A stretch of DNA of 64,000 nt from Azolla caroliniana (Eukaryota; Plantae; Polypodiophyta), in contig JBHGNT010000011.1 of assembly GCA_043228905.1 (NCBI GenBank), positions 18,848,001 through 18,912,000 on the forward strand, given 5' to 3'. The first letter of the stretch is position 1, and every line of letters starts with the position of its first letter. A program made the position numbers and the translations under genes. This document shows positions 1 to 11,352 of this stretch, piece by piece. The notes beneath the pieces were generated by a model. That model saw only the letters and a list, made by a program, of their open reading frames with translations. It had not been told where the DNA came from and searched no databases.

Positions 1-829
1 GATGCTTACTAGCCATGCAATATATTCCTTATGTTGTATAAAAATGTGCACATCGTGGTTGATCCAATCCTTCAAACTCTTCACAGTTTGCTAGCCATCG
101 CTTGTGATTTTCCAAAGGAGGGGAGGCAAGCCACAAGGAAGGGAAAGCTGCAGTGAAAAGAGCTCGGGTCCGCCCTATGCATGTAATAATGCTTGCCCAT
201 GACTGACTGGAGTAGCGAAATTATTGTTAGAAAGATGTCCACACCTAATATGAAAGTCGAGTTTGTTGGATTGGACCCATACGATTGATTGTGCATGTGT
301 GGGATACATACATCCAAGGACATGGCAGGATGGGAGAGTTGTCTTGCCTCCTGAATACTCAACATACATGTATGTATAATGTACAATATAGAGAGAGAGA
401 TAGGCCACATTGCATATGATGTCTAGGTGTCTTCTCTACTCTTGCTTGCATATTGCTAAGTAAGGAAAGATGAAGCAAATGATGTGAAGTCTTTTTTTTG
501 TTCTTATCAGAAGCCAAATTGCCCCCATTTTGTCCTCATTGTAGGAAATAGGGAGGGTGGAAGTTGGGTATAAAAATTCCATCACAGACTTCTTCTGCTT
601 GTTTTCCTCATCATCGCGGGGATGGTGTTTTACCCTTCCTTCCATTCCATGTCCTTATGAAGTATTTATCCCTATCTTTTATATGAGTTGCAGAGAGTCT
701 TTCCGAGTACAACGTCGATTTAGTTCTCAAATCCAGGTAATGTTTTGTTTTTCTACTTTCTACAGTTCTTTTTCTGATAGTTCTTTATTATTGTTGTTGT
801 CTAGAAATAATTTATATTTGCATAGATCA

Positions 830-830
830 A

Positions 831-879
<49 letters not shown>
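830..879. repeat. Compound (CT)n(AT)n microsatellite
   Basis: Directly visible. Confidence 0.95.
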
Positions 880-881
<2 letters not shown>

Positions 882-2344
882 CCATCATCACTGTATATTC
901 TTTAGATTAGGTATGGACTCACCATCTGAATGGATTCCGCATTTTTTTTCGTAATGACCCAACTTCTCGAATAAAAATGAATCAGAAAAGGTTTGGTGAA
1001 ATCCAACCCTTCATTTCTTGAAAAAATTACTTTGTATATGTTTTCTGAAATCAAAACCCACCTCATGAAAACATGAGTTTTCCAAAGGTTTTATGAAATT
1101 AAACCGACCTCTTGAAAAAATGAACTTGCAAAGGTTGTTAATGAAATCAAATCCATGTTCCTGACTGGAATGTATATCTAGTGAGATTAAAGTGCGAGGC
1201 TTTTTATGTCTATACCCAATCTATTTTGAACATGATATTGTATCTGTAGAGTACATCTCTTAGAAATCAACCTACGTCTGATGTTTAAATTTGTAAGAAA
1301 CCCCCTTTGTGATGTTTGATTTTGCGAAGGTTTTGAAATGAGCCTATTCTAGATATTGAAAAATTGCAAGGAGTTTTTTGTGCATCCAAATAAATATTTG
1401 CATGGCTGCACTTATGTTTGTGGAACTAATGGCCAAATGTCTCACATATACGTAGATAAACTTTATGAGTCTTCACTAGTGTCAGAAATCAACAGTCTTC
1501 TTCATACATTTTTTTTGTAACAGACCTAATTCTTGAGATTAGATAGATTTGCAACATGAACCTGATTCTGGATATTGAATTTGCATAGAGTTCGTTTTTT
1601 CCTCACTTGGTCAAATTTTTTTTTTGGGTGCAGTTATTTGATGTTGCTAATGCCCAAATGTGTTCTGTGCATGTATTTGTAGTGCAAATTTGAGAGTACT
1701 CATTGCTGTCTGTAATGAACCAGTTCCTCGTATAAAGTTTGGATGGAGCTATTTCTTATGTAGATTGAATGAAATGTTTCGGTAATTGTAGATAAACATT
1801 TGGAGTCATCCCTCACCAATACACTTCTTGATATTGAGTAGCAACATCTTTTGAAATGAGACCAGTTCCTGATATTTTCATTCACAACGATGAACCCAAC
1901 TCCAGATATTGAATTTGCATGGAGTTTGTTTCCCTTTATCTTCATCAAAATGTTTTCATAGTTACAATTATTTGGCGTATCTAAATCCAAAATGTTGTCT
2001 TAAGCATGTGTTTGTGGAGTAACTCCAGGAGTCCCCTCTGGCGTTAGAAATGAACCCAGTTCCTTGTAACTAATGCCAATGGATGATGCACAATATGGAT
2101 CAATCTGTGGATAAAGTCTCAACTACCATTAAATGAAACCCATTTCCGGATTGGTTTTGTAGGGAGTGTTTCTATATCTAGATTAAAATGTCTGTGTTTG
2201 GTGTATTATCTAATTCCCAAATGCCTTCCTTGTGCTATATTCTTGTATCTGTATATCAAATTGATGAAATCTCCATTATTTTTAAAATTTGAGCACACTT
2301 CCTGATACTTTTTATGCCTTTTTTCTGTCTATATTGTGCTGCAG

Positions 2345-5300
2345 ATAGGTGCAGCAGGGGCATCGGTGCAACTCTGTCACCATACTGGAAGGTTTGTTTT
2401 AATTCATGTAGTGGAACAAATTAACTAATAGCAAACATGTTAATATAACGAAAAAGGAAAGAATCCTATGATCCTCACCTTCAATTCATTCCACGGTGTC
2501 TCATGCTAGCAGGAGAATTGATTTGACGACTGCTATCTACTAGGGCAGGTGTTTGCAACCCTATTATATGCCAGAATTAATTTACCACATTTTGCGGCAG
2601 ACATGGCGTCATCTCTTTTACAAGGGTGTGTCTTCATTTGAACTATTTGCAGTTGAAGCTTAAGAAGAAGAAATAAGTTTTGAATTTTTGGTATACAGGC
2701 TATTTTATCCCATGGCGTATGTACAACAAGTGGGTTTCTCATTGTTGAGGTCTTGGCAGAATCGTTTCTTGGAAAAAAGCACACAAATTCAAAGGTATAT
2801 ACCATCACTAATGAAATTTTATTTTAATCCTCTGATCATATGTGAAAATAGCTGGCATTCTCATTCTTATACTAATCTCTACATGCTACAGTATGACAGT
2901 AGTTCAGGAAATAGCAGTGCATTAGATAGCAGTTTTTCAGAAAATAATCCCTGAGAATGTAAAGTAACTAGATTAAATTGTTAATCTATCCACATTTCGT
3001 GTGACTCATCTGTACTTGATTTGAAGTAGGATTATGGCTTCTCTTTGTGCATGTGTGCATATTCAGGCACATATACTTGGTATATGTTCTATATGTGTTA
3101 TTCCTAGAATTACATAGGTTACCATGGAGACAGACAATATGTTGCGTACTGGTTCATTTGTTTCAATTTTATTAGATTATATATAGACAGTCATCGAGTT
3201 AAAACATTGTCTTTATATTCTTTGTCTAGACTTGTCGAACGTGTTCAATATACTCTACGAGGCTCTGCAGATGATATTGGGTGGCTTCAGCGAGTGTGTG
3301 ACTTCCCTGCTGTTGAAGACAGGACCGATAGATTTGTACAGCTCTTAGGATTAGTCAGGTAAAGTTCTTTTAATTTGTATTGTATTTGAGTGTGTCCATT
3401 ATTTGAGTTAAATCATGAGTCTTGCAAAAAACCTTTTTCTTTCTATTGCAGTAATGGTGTCCACAGTTTGCCCCATAGCTATGTATACCTTTTGATCCCA
3501 GGTACATTATTCTTTTGCAATGCATACAAAGAGGGTTTTATATTAATTAGTAATACGGACACTTTCATGGCAGGTCTATTTAGTAACCATAGCCCGCTTT
3601 ACTTTGTTGACACCAAAAGACATTTCTCAAAACTAGGCCTCACTTGCCATATTGCAAAAATCCATAGTGAGGTGAGTGCCTGATCATGGATGGTGCACAT
3701 TTTCATTAAAATTTTATTTCCCCAATTATGTATGATGCATTTTGACTTATTTCCTGTCAATCAATGATGTATTTCCATCAGCAAATGGACATTTTCATTA
3801 GTTTTTTTAATTACTTTGAATAATGCTAGTTGATGTTTTTCATTTCTCTAATCATGTAATGGTACATTTTCATAACTTTTTATTTTCTTCTAATCATGTG
3901 ACATGGATGCAGCATTTTCATTCAAACTATTTCAATTTTCCGCACCAATTGATGGTGTACCCTTTATAAAAGAAATAAATGTTCATGTTTCCTATGAGTA
4001 GGCATCAGTTGAGACAAATGCCCTTGTATTGAAGAATTATATCGAAGAGCTATACTGGGGTTGTGGGAAACGTGTGGTTCTCCTTGGGCACAGCAAAGGC
4101 GGGGTAGATGCTGCAGCAGCAGTTTCCTTATATTGGTCAGAACTGAAGGACAAAGTTGGCGGCCTAGTTGCTATTCAATCGCCATATGGTGGCAGCCCGA
4201 TTGCCTCTGACATACTCCGTGAAGGCCAGATTGGGGACGCGGAAACCCGACGCATAATGGAATTCTTGATCTGCAAGATAGTGAAGGTGAGAAAGGTTTA
4301 GGAACTTGGGTCCAGGTTTAGGTATAAGGTGTGAAGTCAAGCATGTAGGGTTTAGGATCCTGATTCTCTTGTCTTCATTTAACCCTAGGATGTAAGATTC
4401 CGATTCTCTAGTACATGCAAATTTTATTTATATTTGTCCTTTATGACTTAAGGTTTATGCTCTACCAGACATTAATATAGCTTTACCTTAGTTTTTAGGG
4501 TTACAGGGTCCTCATTCTCCCGTGTATGTTAATGTACTTTCCTTCTTTTGACTGTAGGATTTAGTATCCAGGTTCTGATTCTCTAGTAAAATGTCAATAT
4601 GATGTTCTTCCTCTCTTTCAAGTTGACGTAAATTAAGTTTAGGGTCCTGTTTCTCTAGGAAGATGTCCATGTGTCTTTCTTTCCACTCGAAGTAAATTTT
4701 AGAGTCACAATTCTCTAGTATATCTTAAGATTTCTTTGTCTCGACCTGATGATCCCAAATATCTATTAGATATTCCTATATTTTTCTTCTCTTGGAAATT
4801 TAAACCTTTTCTTAATTCATAAAGTTTCCTCCAGGGTGACATCACCTCTCTTGATGACCTGACATATGAGAAGAGGCGGGAGTTTGTGGCCACCCATCCA
4901 TTGCCGCCCCATTTCCCGATTGTCTCGTTTCACACTGAGGTGAGCATTGCACCCGAAGTCCTATCGACAATGTCGCACATTGCGCATGCGGAGCTTCCAT
5001 GGCTCCTACCCATGAATGGAGTAGAGGACATTCGTGAGCAGGTGGTAGTGACCCCTCCTACACTAAGAGTCGTTGCTCCTCTGGCGGGTGCAATGGCTAT
5101 CTCGGCTTTCCATCTGGAGCTGAGATATGGAGTGAAAAGTGATGGTCTAGTGGTCCGTGATGATGCTGAGATTCCAGGTTCAATTGTTGTTCGACCAGAT
5201 CGGAAGCTTGACCATGGTTGGATGGTGTATTCTCAATCTCGCAAGGAAGCGAAAACCTCGGATGCACCACAAATGTGTGAGGCACTATTAGCGCTTCTCT

Positions 5301-5365
5301 TGGAGGTTTGCCATGAAAAGGCAATTCATCTAGGTGAGCAAAACGACTTAGAATCCTGTCATTAG
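2345..5365 (+). CDS. Alpha/beta-hydrolase (lipase-like, Arabidopsis At2g44970 family), multi-exon; 5' end uncertain, may extend to about 330-736
   Basis: GT-AG exons in compatible phase: 2345-2391 (tentative), 3230-3358 (RGSADDIGWLQ), 3452-3501 (YLLIPG), 3574-3671 (LFSNHSPLYFVDTK), 4002-4286 (LLGHSKGG nucleophile elbow, QSPYGGSP), 4835-5365 (KSDGLV, DHGWMVY, stop TAG). Confidence 0.9.
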
Positions 5366-8300
5366 ATATAAATATGCGTCTATGATAAGATATTCATGGC
5401 TTAATGTTGTTACTTCTATGTGCACAATGGTTTAGATACACACTCAAAGTTCAATACACTAGTTCTAGCTTGTAGTGAATCCTAATGGATTCAATATATC
5501 TTTCACTTGTGTGGTCAAAAAGTCAAAATGCCACCATCTGAGATTATATGCAATGATTATTATGTAGTTCTCGTTGCTTCACGCGTTGTAAATATCAAAC
5601 GAGAATATGTACATGTTTATTAAAAGTAATTCATCTCCTCGGTGAGTTTCTAATTAATTTCTCTTAATTGTCATGTAGTTCTCTTAAACTGATACCAAAA
5701 TATGCACATTTATCTTGACTTCATGTTTTTTTGTCTTGAATTAACTCAAATTTGGTGTGAGCTTTTTTGGAAAGATTATATCATTTGATAAGCTGTTCGG
5801 TGGATGATGAATATCAAGGAAAAATACATTTTTTTGGTTTGTAGTGATTTGTTGTAAAGACAACGTTTTCTTGGCAATGGTTCAAAGGATCATGCATTTG
5901 TTCCATGCATGAGAGTGTAGAAGAGCCTTTATGAGCTGACACTGTTATTCCTTGGCAATGATACTTTGATTTCCACAACTCCATGCATTCTAGTGACTTA
6001 ATGATTATTATTCAAAAAAGGTCCTAAATTGTTTATGGGATAATTGGGGCACATTCAGCAAAGAAACTACTATGGTTCTCAATACATGCGTACATCAATA
6101 AACTCCTCAAGCATTTGCAATTTGCTAGTGTTCTAAATCTATAAATGTGACATTCTCGATTATTGAAATAGGATGTGGCCAAGATTTGATGACTTGCAAA
6201 GTAACAATATGGTTTACCATAAGCATGGGTATTTTCATTGATAGCCCTAGTGAAGTACAACTTTATCGACCCCACGATTCATTCGAAATGGATATGGGAA
6301 AGAAAGAAAATTGCATTATTCTTGATGAAGTTATAGAGAATGGTTTGAATTGTGCACGAGTTTGGTTTTCATATGGCTCCCCATCGACTTGCTCGCCGTG
6401 AAATACGCGGATGCTCAAGGGCATGCCCATCTCTTGACAAAGTCTCTGTTCCAAGGCTTCGCCTATCTCATTAACCTCATGTTTGTAACCTATGTATCGT
6501 CACACATTTCCACTTTATATTTTTTGGTACATATAGCCTTTAAGTGGGTGGTGGTCGTAGTGAAGGCTCATATGCCTGAGTTGGGGAGTTACCCTAGATA
6601 TAATACAATGATATTGTTAGTATTTAGGGCTTGCTGAAACTATAAATGTGATCATATGCGGTGGCAAGTTGCAACCCCTTTTGAGTATTCAATTCTTGCT
6701 CTCCCTTTTAAAGCATGTTGTTTATTGTTTTGTCATTCCAAAAACACACGTACCTTCCTTCAAATTCTATACCGTTGACACTCTTTTATTTATTCTCACA
6801 TTAGTCTCCTTAGCTTAGCTTTGGAAGTTACTCCACACATTTGAACACAAATAAAGATTGATTTGTTAATGGAAATATTTTTGATGAACCAAGTGATCCA
6901 AAACTATTTACAATAGCTTTTTCGAAAATGAATAAAATCTCGTGGTGATGGATGCAAAATTTATAAATTTCACATGGCAAGTGTGATATAAGGCACATAG
7001 TCTTTCTAAACCATGTTTCTATTCATTATAATCGAATTTATGGCCACTGTAAAAAACATATCCACGAATTAGCAGTTACATGGTAGAAAACTTATTTAAA
7101 TTGAACCTTTGAATTGTAGAAATGTTGTGATGGCCTGCAAAAGAACAATGTTAATGCTCTTACTTATTTGTGGGAATTACTTGACCAATTGATCATGAAG
7201 AGGGCTTAAAATAAAATTTTCAAGTCCATTGATCCAATGAAGATGAAACCTCGTCAATATATAGAAATTTGATGGTGATGTATAATCAAAAGCCAAAGCT
7301 TTCACATTGTGTCCTTGTAGGTAATGAGTTGTTTGATGCCATTGCTAGTATAATTAAGAAAACATAAAAAAGTTAGTGTTGTACCAATGCTTTTGTTAGT
7401 TATATCTTTAAACTTGAGCTTCACAATATATTTTCAAGCTAGGTTTCTCAAAACAATGGAATTGCTTCTCAATATTAAATATTGGTTTTCAAGCAAGAGA
7501 TTAAACTCAACTGAAAATCGGGATAAATAGAGTATAATTGATGAACATGAAAATATTTCCAACCTATTACCAACCCATCATTAGAGACTAGTCAACATGC
7601 AGAAATCTTACATAATTTAAGAAGTGACACGGTGAAATGATGTGAAAAGGAAACACCATTTTTTTCTCAAGGAAATGAAGACATTTCGGATGGAAAATGG
7701 CCGTTATAAAAGTACCTTGAATAACTAATTGATGTAGGTTCTCACATTTTGAAACCATTGACCAATCAACATGAACAAACCCTAGAAAGTTCACATTTGG
7801 AAACCATTGACTAATCAACATAAAGCAACTCTAGAAATATGTGGGATAAAAGTAACAAGTGCATTGCACGTGCATACACACAACTATAGTTCCACAAGTA
7901 GTTAAACATTGCATTTGAGATTATTATTGTACGAGTGAAGATGAATATTATAGGAGTATAGTTCCTTTTAAAACTCTTTTAAATGTATATAGTCACAATT
8001 GAGCGAGGATGAAATATGTAAGCATCACATTTGGGGGGCCTATATACATTGGAATTCAATGGATTCATATGCATCAATGATAATTCATGGTCATTATGTT
8101 AAAAAGGTACCTAAAAAGATTGCCTTCTTCATGGTTCCACGTCAAAAAGTTCGTAGAACAACTCTAGGTTAGAACTTTACAAAAAAGAAACATCGAGTTT
8201 CGTTCATGTGCTATAGGGAAACTATCGGGGTGCAAACGATTCAATAATAGTTTCGAATATCCTCATCGCCACAATGAATAAATCAAGATGTCATTTTCTT

Positions 8301-9173
8301 ATGAATTATTTTGTTTCTAACATATTAGCAAAGGAGTGGATGAGACGTGCCAAATGATAACCTTAATAATATGAAAAAATAGGTTAGTAATACAATTCAT
8401 GATTAAAAGATGTTCAAATAGTGTGTCGTTTCTTTGGGGCTTGTCAAGTTCTATCTCTTACCAACCTAGTGCTAGGGGCTTTCCAACTCAAAGTAACGGA
8501 GAAAGAGATAATATAGGATGGAAAGATATTTAAAAACACATATTCTCATGCCTAGGAGAGGATAGAAACAAATTAAAGTCTCTTATGAATCATGATTATT
8601 TTCAATTGAAATGCCTTCCAAAGATTGGAATTCGGCATAAAGAAGATTGTTACGAACAAATTCAAGGAGGGTGCAAAAGGTATGGTTCTAAATTATAGGA
8701 CGTCCAATCATGTATGATCTCATTAAATCTTTCCATGGATGAAAGTCAATATAACAAATCCTTGAAAGTTGCAACCTAAACATAATTATTTGATTGGTAT
8801 ATGCCCAAATATTACATACTACATAATATGTGTGTGTATAGTATATGTTATATAATGCATTGTGGTATATATATAACTTACCCATCAAAGTTGTTGAAAT
8901 ATTGCTATGAATTAAGTGTAGTATCAACACTACCCCTTGCAATTGTGAAAATGTTGCTGCGAAATAAGTGTGCCATCAAGAAGTACCATTTCTCGTTGCA
9001 AAAATATCACTACCCCTCTTGAAGTATATTTAATATAGTTGGTAGTCAAAGAGATCAATCAAAACATGTAGAAAATCATCAAACATGGGCACTACATAAG
9101 GTGCACCATAGTCATGTGTGTACATGAGTCGTAAGTGAAAACATTGATTTTAGAATAAAACAAGTGAAGGTGA

Positions 9174-9465
9174 TTAATTGGGTAGGACTACATTACATAC
9201 AAAATAGAATTGAGATAGTATGAACACGACACGATGTATTACTCCCATTGGAAATAAGGACATGACAATCCATGTTGTGACAATCGAAAGGGAATGATAA
9301 TAATAAGCATTGTGCTACGTTAATTGGGTAGGGATACATTACATGCAAAATAGAATTGAGATAGTATGAACACGGCACAATGTATTACTCCCATTGGAAA
9401 TAAGAACATGATTATCCATGTTGTGACAACTGAAAGGGAACGATAATAATAAGCATTGTGCTACA
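9174..9465. repeat. Intergenic tandem duplication, period about 146 bp, 2 copies
   Basis: ttaattgggtagg...aaaatagaattgagatagtatgaacacg...aagcattgtgctac occurs at about 9174 and 9321 with high identity; it explains the two near-identical minus-strand ORFs. Confidence 0.9.
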
Positions 9466-11089
9466 TCTACTTCTAATAAGTACCTACATGTTAATGGATT
9501 ACTTTGATCACATCCGTACAATATTGACTTAATGAAAAAAAGTGTAGTGACACCAAACCGGGGTATTTTCGACACCTTGCCTTGTATGAATATTGTATCA
9601 ACATTGGAAAGAAACCTGAGAGTGCCTCTAGCTTCGTAACGAAGAAACCAAATACTACACCATCGTCTTTCTTAAATGGCTAGAATATCTCAAATACTTT
9701 GCTAGTCGATTCAAATTCGAGACTCGAAACAACTCATGAAATTAGGTTGATATTATGCTTCGACTCAGATAACTTGCTAGGGCAGAGTTTGTGCAAATGT
9801 TGGCCCGTGATGATAAGCTTGGTAACTATGATGAAGAATCTCCAACATAATGCCTTTTTCCTCATAAAGGGCACAATGTAGCAAGCATTACGTTGTGAGA
9901 GTAACTTGATTGCCACTACTTATAAGGTTAATGGTGGTGACGAGAATGGAAAGAAGAAGAAGAAGAAGAAGCACGATCATGAGGTAATTTGTGCCGAGAT
10001 GGCCGCACTCATTTTTGTTAATTGATTGTGAGATTATGAGGAGAGGATGGATGGCCATATGGTGATTATTTATTTAGGGCACCATAACTTGGAGAGGTAG
10101 GTAGGTATGACTATCCTTTGTGTGTTCCAACTTCCAAGGGTTAGTTTTGTAAATTGTTTAAAAGAGGCGGCAAAAAGGAAGGAAACAAATGATTAAGAAA
10201 CAAAGGTGGCCATGCAAAAAATATTAGGAAAAAAAAGAAGAAAAATCAGTAGGAAAAAAATTAAAAGAAAAAGAAAAAAGAATATATACTCATTTGAATC
10301 TACTAGAAATTCCCCGACAAAATCCATCCCAGTCATTTCATTTCCATCATCAACAACAAAATTCGGAAGGATTTTAAGCAAAAAAATAAAATAAAAATAA
10401 ATCCCCCAAATAAAAAGAAAAGGAAAGAAAAAGGAAAAGGAAAACAAAGAAAAAAAAAAAAACCCAAATAAAAAGAAAAAGAAAAGAAAAAGAAGAAGAA
10501 GAGAAAAAACAGAGAAATTTGAAAAACCCAGCTTTTTTTAGTCACATAAAATCGCTAAAAAACTAAAATAGGAGTGAGAGAGAGAGAGAGAGATCTATTT
10601 ATTACCAAAAAAAAACAAAAAAGGAAAAAAAAGGAAAAAAGAGAGAGATCTATTTAGAATTTTCTTCTTTTGCAGATTTTTTTTGCCTATCCGGTTGGGG
10701 GATTGAATTTTTGTGGACTTATTTAATTTAATTTTTATATATTAAATGGGTTTTTTTATTTTATTTTCCCGATTTTTTATTTTGTCTCATTATCAGTACC
10801 TCTCTTCTGCTTCTCTTTTCTCCTTCTCCTTCTCCTTCTCCTTCCCCTGCTGCTTTTTCTGTATGTATTTATGTGTTGTCTGTATATTTCTTTTCTTTTT
10901 TTAGTTCTGTTTCCGTCTCTTTTCCCTGAAGACCCGCCATTTTCCTCCTCTTCTTTTGGGTTCTCATCGTCATCGCCATCGCCATCATCATCATCACTGT
11001 CTGTCAATTTATAGTTCTTTGCGTTAAATTTCATTGAATATTTCTTGATCTGTATGCACATACAATCATACATACATACATACATACAT

Positions 11090-11352
11090 ACATACATGTA
11101 ATCGATATGCACCCCACATATACATACATATATATGCTGTAATCTTATGAAACCATGGCTTCTGCAAATGCATACATACATACCTGTAATCGATATGCAC
11201 CCCACATATACATATATATGCTGCAATCTTATGAAACCATGGCTACTGCAAATGCATACATACATACATAGATACCTGTAATCGATATGCACCCCACATA
11301 TACATATACATATGTGCTGTAATCTTGTGAAACCATGGCTACTGCAAATGCA
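11090..11352 (+). repeat. Three tandem units of about 90 bp; the last unit supplies the ATG at 11335
   Basis: atcgatatgcaccccacatatac...aaaccatggct(t/a)ctgcaaatgca starts at 11101, 11189 and 11281. Confidence 0.9.

Noticed and set aside
5700-9000. Short ORFs in coding-like intergenic DNA (similar stretches at 15.5-17 kb, 39.4-41.5 kb, 48.9-50.3 kb and 56-57 kb)
   Set aside because: They are probably very old TE debris, but no motif was clear enough to assign a family by eye.
11090-11352. Repeat-spacer-like appearance of the 90-bp units (also at 9.2 and 22.7 kb) suggesting a CRISPR array
   Set aside because: Whole units are duplicated with no unique spacers, there are no cas genes, and the context is eukaryotic.
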